A stretch of 64,000 nucleotides of DNA from Rhynchopus sp. YZ270_cl-10 (lineage: Eukaryota): the NCBI GenBank assembly GCA_964035575.1, contig OZ037841.1:1426001-1490000 (forward strand), written 5' to 3'. Position 1 is the stretch's first letter; the number at the start of each line of letters is the position of its first letter. The position numbers and the translations under genes are program-made. A model generated the notes under the pieces. It had not been told where the DNA came from and did not search any database. It saw nothing but the letters and a program-made list of their open reading frames with translations. Positions 1-12,063 of the stretch are shown here, piece after piece.

Positions 1-1
1 C

Positions 2-1969
2 GTTCCTACCGCACTGTGTACCGCACCATCGGACCCCCCCGCTTGCCTCTGCAGCAACGGTACAGCTACACTCTGCTCCCTCGGCGAGGCGATCCACATT
101 ACCGGAGAGGTCTTCTCTCTCCCCGAGGTTGCCCACCAAAACGAACAAGAAGTTGTCTCCAGCACCGCAATCTTCGCCACTGCAGGAATTACTGCAGTAT
201 TAGGCGGCAGCGGGGTCAGCTCTGGAGGTGCCTTGGTAAAACTATCATTGATCTCCCGGTCATGCCCTTCTGAGGAGGTGATAGAATTGGATCATATCCT
301 GAACCCTTTACACTTAAAGCTAGGCTCGCAAGAAAGCATGCGGGAAGTGCACGGCGCTCAGGTAGGTGGCGTGATATTGCTCCTAGCGTTGGCCGTATGT
401 AGTGCAGGGGTAGCGGGAGTGGTGTGGTGGAGGTTGGGAGGGGAGAGAAGGAGGCAACGAAGGTTTATCAGTGTGAAACGCCGGCTGTATCCTGCAGGGG
501 TGGATGTGCGTGATGTCGAATGTGAGAAATTTGCGTTGGTTGTTCCCTCCCGCTGGGGTGCGACGGAGATTCGCTACATCCTCGCGCGAGGCAGATTTGG
601 TTGGCTGCTCATCCCCATTACCTTCATCTTCGGTGGGGCAGTGCTATGCTGTGCTTCGACGCTCTTCTATTCAACGGCTCCCCTCTTCCAAGCGCTTAGT
701 GCAGTGGAGATTTTTTTGCTTCTCATGTTCGTGATGTATTGTGGTCGGGCTGGAGTTCGTTCTGTAATGTTTGCGGACACAGAGGAGCTCCAGGACCCGG
801 GGTTTATCAAAAAAATGTTTTGGGGTGAAGTGGAGTGGCAGTTAAGGGAGACCGGGTGTGCGGAGAGTGCGAGGCGTGCCTTTGTATGGGTGGATTTGCA
901 TCGTCTTGCGTTTGATGGGTTTAAAAAGCATTGTCGCTGCTTTTTTGGGTTTGAATTGCTGGTTACGGCGGCAGTGGCGGGGGTAGCTGCGTGGAACCCA
1001 AATACTACTTCCGCATGCGAAACGAAGTCGTACCTCCTCCTTGGCCTCATGGCAGCGTTTTCGCTTATCCTAATTATTCTCCGACCTTACATTGCTTGGT
1101 ACGAAAACATCATGGTGTCGTTGGTAGCAGTCGCAGAAACAACCCTTATCCTTCTTGTCATCCTCGCCGCGAGAGAAGACGACGCAGAAGGCTCTGTCTA
1201 CGCGGAGTATGCATCGTACCTCTCCGTTGGTGTGCTCTGGGCGGTGACAGTCAAAACGCTTCTCGATTTGGCGATTTTTGTTATCGATGAACACAGCGTC
1301 TGGACTGAACTTTCTGGCAAAGGCAGTTTCTTGAGACATCTCCTTTTATGCGGCAATACAGTCGGAACAACTGACAACTTTGTTGCGAGAGAGGAGATTG
1401 GGTTAGAAGAAGCACGCATCAGTGATGACGAGGAGAGGAGCGATGAGGAGGACGATGAGGATGATGACGACGAAGATGACAACATGGTCGAAGCACAAAG
1501 CAGCAGCAGTGGCACAGCTACCAACCCGCTCCTCCTGCGCTCCGCAGCGTCGTCGCATACGATGCCCCCCACCCACCACATGCCCCGCGGTGTCTTCGCA
1601 CTCCAACCCCCAGTTGTCAACGTTGTTCCCCTCTCAGACGCAGTGTCCGTTCGCGATTCTATTCGCATTTCTACCGCTGTTGCAAACACAAACCCAGTTG
1701 CCTTCAATAGACCAGCTCCCGGAACTCCGGTAACGACACACCGGGCATACCCCTATCCACAGCGCCAGAGAGGGAACACATTTGGGGGTGTTAGTGGTGG
1801 CAGTAGTGGGGGCATATGGCCTGTGGTCGCAAATTCTGAAGCCCTTGCCCCACCCAAACCCCGTCGCTCCTCCTTCATACAAACACGAAGCCCGTCAGAC
1901 CTGATGCTTCCTCTCGCGGATGATGCTGATGAGCATCCAGGAACACCACCGCCACCGGTGTTGTTGTGA
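2..1969 (+). CDS. Multi-pass (about 7-TM) membrane/surface protein, 5'-partial; C-terminal membrane domain reminiscent of Bodo 'bodonin'/DGF-1-type surface proteins
   Basis: Frame is open from base 2 (VPTALCTAPSDPPACLC...), so the gene starts before the window. Several hydrophobic helices follow an LNPLHL motif, then an acidic and Pro/Ser-rich tail; TGA at 1967-1969. Family resemblance is from recall only. Confidence 0.7.
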   Translation, partial: VPTALCTAPSDPPACLCSNGTATLCSLGEAIHITGEVFSLPEVAHQNEQEVVSSTAIFATAGITAVLGGSGVSSGGALVKLSLISRSCPSEEVIELDHILNPLHLKLGSQESMREVHGAQVGGVILLLALAVCSAGVAGVVWWRLGGERRRQRRFISVKRRLYPAGVDVRDVECEKFALVVPSRWGATEIRYILARGRFGWLLIPITFIFGGAVLCCASTLFYSTAPLFQALSAVEIFLLLMFVMYCGRAGVRSVMFADTEELQDPGFIKKMFWGEVEWQLRETGCAESARRAFVWVDLHRLAFDGFKKHCRCFFGFELLVTAAVAGVAAWNPNTTSACETKSYLLLGLMAAFSLILIILRPYIAWYENIMVSLVAVAETTLILLVILAAREDDAEGSVYAEYASYLSVGVLWAVTVKTLLDLAIFVIDEHSVWTELSGKGSFLRHLLLCGNTVGTTDNFVAREEIGLEEARISDDEERSDEEDDEDDDDEDDNMVEAQSSSSGTATNPLLLRSAASSHTMPPTHHMPRGVFALQPPVVNVVPLSDAVSVRDSIRISTAVANTNPVAFNRPAPGTPVTTHRAYPYPQRQRGNTFGGVSGGSSGGIWPVVANSEALAPPKPRRSSFIQTRSPSDLMLPLADDADEHPGTPPPPVLL

Positions 1970-2340
1970 GGTTGAAGGAGGAGGAGGAGGAGGAGGTTAT
2001 GAAAGAACCGGGTTTTTGTGAAGCAGGTTTTTTGTGTCGTTGCGGAGAGGCGTTTGGCCTCTGTGGTTTTTGTTGTGAGGCGTGTCAATTTTCTTATTTT
2101 ATTCTAGATTTTTCTACAAACTGACTCTTTTCCCCAATAGATTTTTTCGAACCTTCCCTGCTCTGTAGATTAGGGGTACGAAGGTTTACCTTATTTTTTT
2201 TTTGTACTCGTGGTGTAGAATCTGGAGGGGGATCACACCACCTCGTGTTAAAAAAAATTCCCCTGCAAACCTCAATATCATTTCGAGAACCACAAGAAAT
2301 GACGTAAGAGGCGAGTTCAGTTAGCAAAAAAAATACTCTT

Positions 2341-2522
2341 TTTTGATAAAACAACTTGTTGTCAATTCTAAAAAGATTGGAGGCAGTGCTGCGGGCAAAC
2401 AAAACGGATTGAAAAAGACAGAAACTCGCTTGTTTTCTTTGAGTACTCAATTAACAACCGTACTTCAGTTTGACACAATTTTTTCACCTTTTTGTTTTCC
2501 GGCTTTGAGCGCACAAACAAAA
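2341..2522 (+). repeat. ~185-bp dispersed repeat, copy 1 (near-identical copy at 35964-36152, partial copy at 10414-10468)
   Basis: TTGATAAAACAACTTGTTGTCAATTCTAAAAAGATTGGAGGCAG...GGCTTTGAGCGCACAAACAAAA occurs at both full sites in the same orientation. Confidence 0.9.
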
Positions 2523-3124
2523 GACCCGTTCTTTTTTTAAAAAGCAAGCATTGGCAAGAGGAAATATAATTAATGGAAATCAGATTCTATTTTTGGTCTT
2601 TTTTTTGCCTGCTTGAGAAGCTCTTCTGAAGGGTGACTCAGCACAAAAAAAGACTTATCCATCTTACCATTCTTCTTTTCCACCCACAAAGCCCCCTTGT
2701 CATTTAGAACCCTTTTCCCTTGTTTTACTTTAGATGTGATTGTTATACGCCCCCTGCCACCCCCAATTATTTACGTTTGCACCTTCACCTTCTCTTTTAC
2801 TGTCTCCCAACAACCACCCCACAGTCCCGTATCCTTGGGTTCACCATTCACCATTATACCCCTCTCCCCTTCCTTCTCACTATGGATCATATCTGGGGGA
2901 GTGGGCATTAATAAGTGACGCAAACAGCGACGCAACGAGAACCGCTGAGATTTCCAAGCCGTTCTGCGCTAGGACTGCACCACCCTGAATCCTCTTAATC
3001 CTCTTACCTGGTCTGGGGTGATATTATAACTGGTGGTTTTATTGACTCTGGGTTGCGCGTGAAAAGCTGAAGACTGCTGAAACATTTTAGTGAAGGGGGC
3101 AGAGGCGAAAAACCGTCCAGGCAA

Positions 3125-6100
3125 ATGCACAGCAATGCACGATACCAAGAGGATGAGGAAGAGGACAGCAGTGTGGCGTTGACGTTAACGCAACTGACAG
3201 AGATAAAGGCGATTTTTGATGAGGCACCTGCAGGGGAACTGAATGAGGATACCTTCGTGTCGGTCATTGAGGCGCAGGTGTGCTGCACAGTGGCGCGTCT
3301 ACGTACGTGGTTTCGTCAGATTGATGCCAACGCGAACGGATCTGTAGACTGGGATGAGTTTTCCTCCTTTGTCCTCCTCGATGGGCAGCGCCAAGTGCAC
3401 AATCGAGAAGGCCGTGTGCACATCACATACGAGCGTCCACCAAAGTTCCAAACCTGGACACCAAACAGTACACAATGCCATTCCAGCGCTGTGACCTCCA
3501 CTGTGGTCAACTCGCGCGGGAGTTTGGCCAGCTCTGACATCTTCACGGGGTCTTCGGATGGAACGGTGAAGGTGTGGTCTGCAGATACGTTGGCGCATGA
3601 GGTGACGATCAATACACCGAGCTGGGTGCTGGATGCGAGATTGGCACGCAGCGGAACGAGGTTGATCACTGCGCATACGGAGCGGTCGTTGTGCATCATT
3701 GACACACAACGTTTTGATGTCATTGCGATCTTTGCGCATGCAGCAGGCGCCAACAGCAAGCTCCGCTTCGAACACGTTGGCCGCGTTGTTGAGGCTGGCG
3801 TCAGCGGCGGGCAGGCCGGCTTCTCCTCGATCCGCCAGCTCACCAACTTCCGATCTCCTCCTGACGCCCCACAAGGCCAGACACCTTCCCTCGAAACAGA
3901 GCTTGCCTGCGCACGAGATAAGGCTATTTCCAATTCAACCAAACTCACCCCCAACGTACACAAGATCGAAGGCCTAGTTGACGTCCCCTTCTGCATCGAG
4001 AGCATTCAGTCGGACCGTGCCTTCTCCCAACTCTCCTCCACGTCACCCGAGGGGAGCACACTACAACAGGAGGACGACACGCTGCTCTGTGTGGGTCTGC
4101 GCAATGGCGACCTACTCCTCTATACACTAACCTCGGACCGCTTCATGCACAAACAGCAGGTGGTCGAGGAGGGCGGGTCGCCACTGCAGCTGACCCACAA
4201 ATGGAAAGGGCTGCACAGCTCCTGCATCAGCGGGGTGCGCTGGGGCCGTTCTATCAACAACATCATCACCGTTGGGTGGGATGGCACCGTGCGCTTTATG
4301 AACGCAGAGACATCTCGCGTTGCACGAACCCTAGAGGTCACTCCAGATAAGTTTGCAGGTCCATTCCGTGCTTACCAAGAGCAAAGCATATTCGGGTTTG
4401 ATTGGTCGTCCGATCTAAAGATGTTGACCACGTTTGGTGCGGACAACAACCTATATTTGTGGAATCCGTACATCCAAAAGCCCATCACAAAGCTGCAACA
4501 TCCGTTGGGTGTGCGTGATGTAGTGTTTGCGGCGGAGCATCAGCAGCTCCTTTCGTTGACGGAGGACCAGCATGTGCGGGTGTGGGATGTGCGCACCTTC
4601 AAATGCATTCAGACCATCAAACAGGAGCACCATGTACGTCAGATTCAAAAGCTCACCTTTGACCCGTTGGTGGGGATTGTCGCAGCGTCGCACTTCCCCA
4701 CAGTCTTGCAGGAGGCGGGTATTGAAACCTTTGCAGGCGCGGCTGGACCGCCCCCAGCAGCAGAGCGTGTCCGTCCACGTGGAAAGCTTCTTGGTGTGCT
4801 CTCCAACGCAGAGACGTGCGCCTATCTCGTCACCGCGGACTCTACTCTCATCACGACGTATTCAGTTCTGAGTGGGGATGTGATCTACCGGTTTCTTGTT
4901 GAAGACCAGATGGAGTCTGCCGTCAACCTTCCGCCCAGTGAATGGGTCGTCACCAGCATTGCCCTCGACGATAATGGGCGCCGCCTTCTGACCGGAACGC
5001 AGTGTGGCCGTGTGTTGCTGTGGAACTTCATTAACGGGCAGCTTCTGAAGGTATGCGTCAGCGGGGAGCACAAGAAGAAGGCGGAAGACCCAGACGTCAC
5101 CTTTGTGCACCACTGCAGCCGCGACGCCAATGCCTTCCGCTTCATCTACGGCGTCATTGCTTCGAAGGTATACGTCTGGGAGGACGACGACTCCTTCGAA
5201 AGCGCGTTAACCGCGGTCTGGGTGGTCCCAGAAAACCACATCGTCAGCTGCATTGCGCACGACTTCCCTTGGACCCTCGCCCTGGGCACCGCAACCGGCC
5301 ACGTCCACTTCTACAATATAAAAAACTCTCTGTGTGCCGGCACCTTCCACCGCCCCTCCTTTGGAGCAGAGCACACCACCGACCCTTACTCTACGGGGCA
5401 CACCTCACGCCGTGTTGCGCACATCCGCTTTTTGGACCAACCCTCAGGGTTTGCAGTGGAGAGCCCCGTCCATGCTAATGCTCCTGGTGCATTCGGTGCG
5501 AGGCAGCCTCCGTCACAGAGGTTGGCAGTCATCGCTTTTGTGGACGGCATCATCCAAATTGTGCATATCAAGAGGAAGGAGGTGCTGTGCCAGTGGTACA
5601 GCCTGAGACCTCAGGAACGCACACGGCCGCAGCAGATCAGCTCGCTTCATGCTGCGGGATGCACTGTGTACGGCGGCGACGCTGCTGGGACGGTCCACGT
5701 CTGGCAGGTTGAATCTCCAGAACCACAGACCCTTTCTGTCAGTCGGGTGCGCCGAGTTGTTGGGGCACGTTGTGCGGCAGTGACGTTCCTTACTCCGGTG
5801 GGTAGACGCAGCAACCTGCTTGCTGTGGGCTGCGATGCTGGCTCTGTTGCGCTGTACACCAAAGACGTCGTCCACATCGGAGACTTCGATGCGCAAGAAA
5901 AATGGGCGCTGCGGAGCATGGACCATCCTGAAGGGCTTCCTCCCCCACCTTCACCTGCCCCACCGAAGGAGCCTAGAGAGGCGAATGTCGTGCTTACAGA
6001 GCCGACCGTCGCACCTCTTCCAGTTGCGAGGGAGCAGGTTCAGGTGCAACGCGTGGCAGACCGGTCAGGCAGAAGCATCTCCCCGCTTCCTGTCAAGAAG

Positions 6101-6757
6101 ACCGGTATAGGAAACCCACGCCGCTGGCGTCTTCAAAAGCTGGTGGCACCTCCCCGAGAGGGGCCGGAGTACTGTACGCAGTACCCCACAGCCCCGGGTA
6201 GGGCTTTAGAGGAAACGGAGGCAGCTGCGTCGCCGGTGCTCAGACAAATTCTTCCGGAGGTGAGTGCGCAGTTCGGTCTGGCTGTACGAAGACAACTCAA
6301 GAAAGGGAAGGGGGAGACGACACAGCCCAGAACCCCTGACACTGCAGTGGATGCACCCCCACCTCCACCCCCGCGTGCGGTGGTGGGGCCGGTCCGTTCG
6401 CATAGCATGCCTATGGCGGTTGGGCGGGTCATACCACAAGCGCTAAGATCTGCAGGTGGCGTGCGAAGCGGCCATCTCCGCAGGAGTTGTTCCACAGCAC
6501 AGAGGCGAAGGGTGGAGGGGGGAGGAGGAGGGGGAGGAGGAGGAGGTGGTGGTGCGGAGATGACCGTGGGTGGCTGTGTCGTGGTGGAGAAGACGTGCGC
6601 GCAGAGGACAGGGTGGTATGCGTTGCATCAGCAGGAGAGGGGTGGTAGTGGGTGTGTAAAGAATGCAGTGAAGCCGCAGACAGCCGCAGCTGCAGGAACG
6701 TTGCCCGTGTTGCCTCCGGGTCCCAGAGGGGCGCGTCCGCTTTTCAGACGGAAATGA
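3125..6757 (+). CDS. EF-hand + WD40-repeat protein (WDR49/WDR64-like), 1210 aa
   Basis: EF-hand WFRQIDANANGSVDWDEFSSFVL, then WD repeats (TGSSDGTVKVW, TVGWDGTVRF, SLTEDQHVRVWDV, TGTQCGRVLLWN) and a low-complexity C-tail. Confidence 0.85.
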   Translation: MHSNARYQEDEEEDSSVALTLTQLTEIKAIFDEAPAGELNEDTFVSVIEAQVCCTVARLRTWFRQIDANANGSVDWDEFSSFVLLDGQRQVHNREGRVHITYERPPKFQTWTPNSTQCHSSAVTSTVVNSRGSLASSDIFTGSSDGTVKVWSADTLAHEVTINTPSWVLDARLARSGTRLITAHTERSLCIIDTQRFDVIAIFAHAAGANSKLRFEHVGRVVEAGVSGGQAGFSSIRQLTNFRSPPDAPQGQTPSLETELACARDKAISNSTKLTPNVHKIEGLVDVPFCIESIQSDRAFSQLSSTSPEGSTLQQEDDTLLCVGLRNGDLLLYTLTSDRFMHKQQVVEEGGSPLQLTHKWKGLHSSCISGVRWGRSINNIITVGWDGTVRFMNAETSRVARTLEVTPDKFAGPFRAYQEQSIFGFDWSSDLKMLTTFGADNNLYLWNPYIQKPITKLQHPLGVRDVVFAAEHQQLLSLTEDQHVRVWDVRTFKCIQTIKQEHHVRQIQKLTFDPLVGIVAASHFPTVLQEAGIETFAGAAGPPPAAERVRPRGKLLGVLSNAETCAYLVTADSTLITTYSVLSGDVIYRFLVEDQMESAVNLPPSEWVVTSIALDDNGRRLLTGTQCGRVLLWNFINGQLLKVCVSGEHKKKAEDPDVTFVHHCSRDANAFRFIYGVIASKVYVWEDDDSFESALTAVWVVPENHIVSCIAHDFPWTLALGTATGHVHFYNIKNSLCAGTFHRPSFGAEHTTDPYSTGHTSRRVAHIRFLDQPSGFAVESPVHANAPGAFGARQPPSQRLAVIAFVDGIIQIVHIKRKEVLCQWYSLRPQERTRPQQISSLHAAGCTVYGGDAAGTVHVWQVESPEPQTLSVSRVRRVVGARCAAVTFLTPVGRRSNLLAVGCDAGSVALYTKDVVHIGDFDAQEKWALRSMDHPEGLPPPPSPAPPKEPREANVVLTEPTVAPLPVAREQVQVQRVADRSGRSISPLPVKKTGIGNPRRWRLQKLVAPPREGPEYCTQYPTAPGRALEETEAAASPVLRQILPEVSAQFGLAVRRQLKKGKGETTQPRTPDTAVDAPPPPPPRAVVGPVRSHSMPMAVGRVIPQALRSAGGVRSGHLRRSCSTAQRRRVEGGGGGGGGGGGGAEMTVGGCVVVEKTCAQRTGWYALHQQERGGSGCVKNAVKPQTAAAAGTLPVLPPGPRGARPLFRRK

Positions 6758-7093
6758 GGGTGTGCAGAGGGGGGCGTTGGTCAGAGGGGTGGTCAGCTTT
6801 GCTAATCTTGCTTTGATTTTCGCTGTGCTTCGCAACCCTCCAACAGCGGTTAGCGGGGTTTGGTGTTCTCACAGTAGGGGGTCGTGTCTGTGTTGAAGTC
6901 CAGGGCAGGTAGTGTGGTTCAGAAGTCATCAGTAGTTGCAAGCTGTAGAGTGTTGGCTACCTGCCTCGTTCCTTTTGTCGTGAGTCTTGCAGGCCCATTA
7001 TATCCTGATTATCATCAGTTTTCTGTTTTTTTCTCTTTGAAATTCATCTTCCGATGGGTTACAGGGTTTCTTGGCTGTTGATGTTTTTAGGAA

Positions 7094-7124
7094 GTGTGCA
7101 CGAGAGGCACATTCATCGTACAAG
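7094..7124 (+). repeat. Hairpin repeat family C (GTGTGC-ACGAGAG-GCACATTCATC); further copies at 42618-42648 and 50283-50314
   Basis: Direct sequence match between copies; stem TGTGC/GCACA around loop ACGAGAG. Confidence 0.8.
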
Positions 7125-8163
7125 GTTTTTATTCCTTTCTTTTCACAGCACAACGTCCCCACGATAAACGGATAAAAGCCTTTATTTTTCCATGGAACAC
7201 TATTCGTTTTTATTTTATCCTCAGATTTGCGGCACACGGACGGAAGGCCTCCTCCTTCTGAAGCCCTAACGCCACATTCAGTCGTAGTTCACTTGGGTGA
7301 GTATTCCCTTAGTGCAGGTGTCCCTTTTGGTCTTTTCCGGGGACATACGCGGGCACTGCGGAGCGAGTGCCGGGCCATATGCCAGAACAACCGTCCACTC
7401 TCACTGTTCTCCTTCCACCGCCTGACAATATACTCCCCATCTCCTTCTCCATGTCAGACCCCTCTGCAAGCTTGTTTGTCGTGCCCTCAACTTCTGCAGA
7501 GTGCATGTACACCAACATGCAGACCCGAGTATTTGACAAGCAAGCACTGCACTCTGCTCACGACTTTGAATTCTCTCAGCTTGCTTTCAATAGCAGCCTG
7601 TGTATTAGTGCCAAGGAGTCCCGTGAGCTGAATCATCTTCCGGCAAACCAGGTTGTTAGCAGTCACTTCCGGCAGCCCCTGAAGAGGTGCATCGGCTCAG
7701 GCAATGGTTACACGTGCGTCACCTCCTGCATCCCTCCTCCTGCAGCAGGTCTCCACGCATCATACTCTTAATGGATAGGTTCCTCTCTGTGCGCCTCCAC
7801 CACGGAACGCACCTGTCAGGTGCACGGGTACCTTGCTAGATGGATGCTTCTGTGGTGGAGAGTTCTATGACTCCTGAGTTCTTATGTCTCGGTTTGGTAG
7901 TAGAAGAGAGAGCGTCACAGCTTCTGTGGTGGTGAATTTGAGCTGATAGTGTGTGTGTGTGTATTTTTTTTTCTTTTCTCCAAAAACGCCCAGAATGGAT
8001 GTCAAAAAGGAAAAAAAAAACCCTTTCCCCCCTCACAGGTTCACTTACCCCCCACACATAACCCCCCACCCCCCTCACCCCTACTTTCAAACAAACTGAG
8101 ACACAAAAGAACCCTCTCCACCGTCCCTCTTCACACTTTGACTTAGGCCAAACCCTCCTATTC

Positions 8164-8796
8164 ATGCTTGCCTTCAGAGCAGTACTGTTCTTTGCTATTG
8201 TCGGGGTATGTTACGGGTGTGACGGGCATAGCATGGAGTCGTGCAACACACACCCTCTTTGTGAATGGGTAGCATCAGAAGCGGGGGGTCTTTGCCGTGA
8301 GAAAGCTGTAGAGGCGGGACCGACGACCGACCTCTCTTGTACAGATCTGTTCGAAGTGGTGCGGTGTACCACGCACCCTGCACAGTGCGTATGGGATGCT
8401 GCAGCGGAACGTTGTCGGCCAGCATCTGTACGTAGTGCGGCTGATGTTAGTGTCGACACCGAAAGCAGTTCTTCCGATGAGGGAAGCAGTGTGTCCCGTC
8501 TTCGCCATTTGCTATATGTGCTGCTTGCGATAGGTGTGACACTCCTCATTGGTGTCATAGTGTGTGCTGTGTGGCTTCACAGGCGCAACGAAGATGCAGA
8601 CGAAGAGCTGGACGGTGACAGCAAAGGCGATGAAGAGGATGATGTCGTCCTCAACGTGCCCTATCATCTTCACGAAGACACAGCCTCGTCTGTCAGCAGA
8701 TCGTCCGGGCGTGGTGTGCAAGCCTCCGAGAATCATCATTCCATTGACTTCAACCACACACGGACGCTCCGATTGGCCCCTATCAAATGTAGATAA
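8164..8796 (+). CDS. Type-I membrane protein with signal peptide and two Cys-rich (C..P.C.W....C) extracellular repeats, 210 aa
   Basis: Signal MLAFRAVLFFAIVGVCYG; repeats CNTHPLCEW...C and CTTHPAQCVW...C; TM LLYVLLAIGVTLLIGVIVCAVWL; acidic cytoplasmic tail. Confidence 0.75.
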   Translation: MLAFRAVLFFAIVGVCYGCDGHSMESCNTHPLCEWVASEAGGLCREKAVEAGPTTDLSCTDLFEVVRCTTHPAQCVWDAAAERCRPASVRSAADVSVDTESSSSDEGSSVSRLRHLLYVLLAIGVTLLIGVIVCAVWLHRRNEDADEELDGDSKGDEEDDVVLNVPYHLHEDTASSVSRSSGRGVQASENHHSIDFNHTRTLRLAPIKCR

Positions 8797-9843
8797 TGGG
8801 TGTTATTGTTGAGGATAATCCAAAATTTGAGAAAAGTTTAGAATATTTGCATTGGTTTTTTTGACGGTGCCTGCACGATGTACGGTGAGGCGTTTTACAC
8901 CTCTTTTCTTTCTCCACCACACAAACGCCTTGTGTCTGTTCAGGGACAATTTTTTAAGAACTTTTTTTTATAGTCCAGAACAGGTCGCAAAGGTGGTTGT
9001 ACCAAGGTTCTGTTGCCTCTCTTGGTTCCCGGCACATTTCCAAAAGAAAGAAGGAGATGGCACGGGGGCAGAAGTAAACGTTCCCCCCCCCCTTTTTTCT
9101 TCTTTTTTTCTTTTGCTCCACAACTTTTGAGATCCTATTTTTTTCACCTCAGCAAAGGGACGGGGGTCATCTGTAAGGATAGCCCTGTCTTGTGGAAAGG
9201 TGTCTCCCTTTTAGTACCACATTGGTCCACATGAAGCGTCTACGCGTTTATTGCATATTCGCGATTCAATATCAACCACATGCAAGGGTGCAGCCGCGCA
9301 TGAGGTGGTTTTACCTCATAGTTACGTTGCACCTTTCCCCCCCACAGAACATCAGTGCCTACAGTCCCCGGCAGTTTGCACTATCAACCTTCAGTTTTTT
9401 CCCCCTCTCTTTTGTGATTTTCTGCATCTATGTTGAGGCTGTATTTTGCTACTTCACAGAGGTGCTTGGTCATCATTGCTTAATTGTTTTTCCCCCTCCT
9501 CCGTCCTATACACCCTACACCTCTCCTGCAGTGCTTTGCGTTCTTTTCTCCTACCATGTGAAGAAACGTAGATCTGCCCTATTAGGTGTTGTGTCTTTAC
9601 CTACCCCAGTGGTGTTCGGTACTCTCCGCGCTGATCCCTTCATTCATTTTGTTTTTCTGTATTGATCAGGAGAGATCATATAGGCAAATAAGGGTGAGGG
9701 GTTTGTCGAACCCCTTTTGTTTGTCGTCTTCGTGGTGGCAAGGCTGAGTGCAAAACCCACGGTGGTGCGGGTGTCGATGCAAAAAAAATATGGCAGTGTT
9801 GTATTTGCAAACCCCAAACCCACCACAGACCATTCGTTTTTTA

Positions 9844-9969
9844 CCGTATTCGTACATAAAAAAATTTTTTTTTATCGTAAAAAAGGTTGAACTTCCAGAA
9901 AAAAATCCTGAAGAGAGGTCGAACATTATGGCCGTATAATTTTTTTTTTTGTACGAATATTCAATACGG
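9844..9969. mobile_element. Small Tc1/mariner-pogo-like MITE (~126 bp) with TA target duplication
   Basis: TA|CCGTATTCGTACA at the left end mirrors TGTACGAATA...AATACGG|TA at the right end. Confidence 0.55.
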
Positions 9970-11138
9970 TAGTTTTCATTCCCACAGTTTTTTATTTTGT
10001 ACTGTGCACAACGCAAACATATCAAAAAACCTTCATAACCCATTCACCCCTAGTTTTTTTGGTTTTGTTGTGCACACTTTACTTAACCCAATCCCCAACC
10101 CACAGAAGTCCACACACTTTTGTTAGAGTTCTCCAAGCAGTGTTGTGCATCTCAGCATGCACAATGCGGCTTTCTTAAGTCCCCCCCCCGAGTAAGGTTC
10201 GTCCTACCAACGTTTTCTTTACCCCCTATGAGTGTGCAGAGAGAGTCACACCCATCTCTCAACCAGTGCCTGTGTCCGCCCATTATACGGCGATGCGTTT
10301 TTGCACTTTCAACTTCTCTTTCCTCTCAAGATCCTCCACGTATTGATTTTGTACGGTTAATGGAGCGTAAAGTGCAAGACCAAGCTCCGTTCATAAAATG
10401 ATTTCCGTTTTTGTTGATGAAACAGCGTGTTGTCAATTCTAAACAAAGATTGGAGGCAGCGTTGGCAAATTCTTTTATGAAATCCTCCTCATTTCGAAAA
10501 TTCTGCCTTTTTTTTGCGGAGGATCTTGAGAGCCCTGTTTCTCTTCCCCAACCACCCCCTTTTTTTTCTCTTTTTTTTCATAGAAACATTGGTATTGAAA
10601 AGTGTACCACGTAAAGACGTTCATGGTCCAACATTGTGTGAGAGTAGGTGGACGTTAGTCCACTGAATATCATGTCTTCGTGGGAGTTGGTATAGTGGGT
10701 ATACATCCTATGCAGACAGTATGTTTTGTGATCTCTAATATTTGACATGAATGAGCAATACGTTGTAAAAAAATATTTTTTCGTATCATTATCATCGACC
10801 TTGGAACCCGGGGTGGCGTGTTGCCCATCTTTTTTTTAAAGAAAGTTGGGAACATTTTTGATCCCCTATACCTATGCTATCGATTTGAATTGCATATGTT
10901 GAAATACTTTGTCCAGTTTTCTTTTATTGCCTGTACCTTCAACTTCTCCTAGACGAGAAGCATATTTAATCTTGCCACCCATTCATATTTCCCCCCCTCT
11001 CTGGCCTCCTTTACATAGTCCGATGTGCTTCCAGACAAAGGCATTTAATAAAAAATGACCTATACCTTTTGCACAACAAAAAAAGCTTATTTGATGTATG
11101 ATTCAATGAAAAACAAAACAGCGGGGGTGCAATAAAAC

Positions 11139-11417
11139 CAGGGACTCCGCTAGGTACTAAAGTTCTGTTGATTGTCAACAGAACTTTTTGAAAATGGGGG
11201 GGGAAAAAAAAAAAAAAAAAGTTCTGCTGAGTGGTTCAGACCCGTTCTACCTGTCAAAAAAGCTCAGGAGAAGAAGATATGGAGAGGTGAGTGCTCAAAC
11301 GTCCCAAAAAAGTCAAAATCGGGCGTTGAAAAAAAAAAAAGTTGCGTACCGTGCGCCCCCACCACGTGGACCATCAACAGAACATTTTCAAAATCGGAAA
11401 TCCTAGCGGAGAGCCTG
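11139..11417. mobile_element. hAT-like non-autonomous element (279 bp)
   Basis: TIRs CAGGGACTCCGCTAGG / CCTAGCGGAGAGCCTG (14/16), perfect 8-bp TSD AATAAAAC (11131-11138 and 11418-11425), subterminal GTTCTGTTGA/TCAACAGAAC motifs. Confidence 0.85.
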
Positions 11418-11472
11418 AATAAAACTCTTAAAAAAAAAAAAAATCGAAACCTCACCTGAAGTTTTATTATTC

Positions 11473-11603
11473 CTACAAGCGTAGCTTAAAGGAGGAATAG
11501 TTCCTCAGATACGGTCGCCAATCACCCCTCAAACAGGGTAATTGAGCAATCAACGAAAAAACCTTTTTTCCTTTTCCTTACCTATCAGAGTTACTATTTT
11601 TTG
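11473..11603 (+). repeat. ~130-bp dispersed repeat, copy 1 (copy 2 at 33890-34022); contains an imperfect internal inverted repeat, MITE-like
   Basis: CTACAAGCGTAGCTT...ATAGTTCCTCAGATA...GGTAATTGAGCAA...TATCAGAGTTACTATTTTTTG at both sites. Confidence 0.85.
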
Positions 11604-11998
11604 CAATGACTGTTTTGTTCTGCCACTGTTGCCCTGTTTTTACCCCTCCGATAATTTGCAGCCTTTTGGGTCGTTTGTTTCTTTCATCGTTTCTTTTTAA
11701 AGGGCGAAGGAGGACTACATACATCGTGATAGTGTCTCTCTTTTAGATAATATTATTGCAACCCGCCGTTCTTCCCTCAGAAATATCTGTTTTAGAAAAA
11801 AAATACTGAGTGAAAAAAGGCATCGGGACGAAAGACCCGGCTAGCCCAAACATACCACACGTGCCGCCAGGGATAGTAAAAGTAAAAGAAAAGAAAAGTG
11901 TAGCGGCTTTCGTGGCAGCACACATTCATGTGGGATATGCGTCCTTTCATGTACTTATTTATTTACACCTTCTGGTTGTTGACTGCAGGGCCAATTTT

Positions 11999-12063
11999 GT
12001 GCTTTCATCCGGATGGCTGGCAGTACAGTGGGTCAGTCGGAGGTGCCTGCATCAACAACTACA
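11999..12063 (+). repeat. Dispersed repeat family F (~65 bp); other copies near 21377-21441 and 55703-55767
   Basis: GTGCTTTCATC(C)GGATGGCT...GTGGGTCA..CG.AGGTG.CTG.ATCAAC(AAC)TACA occurs at three sites, all on the + strand. Confidence 0.85.

Noticed and set aside
7240..7860. GC-balanced stretch whose minus strand gives a degenerate zinc-knuckle-like peptide (ALCRS*GHDKQAC) and HSLRS
   Set aside because: May be a decayed retroelement, but there are multiple stops and the motifs are too short to support a call without a profile search.
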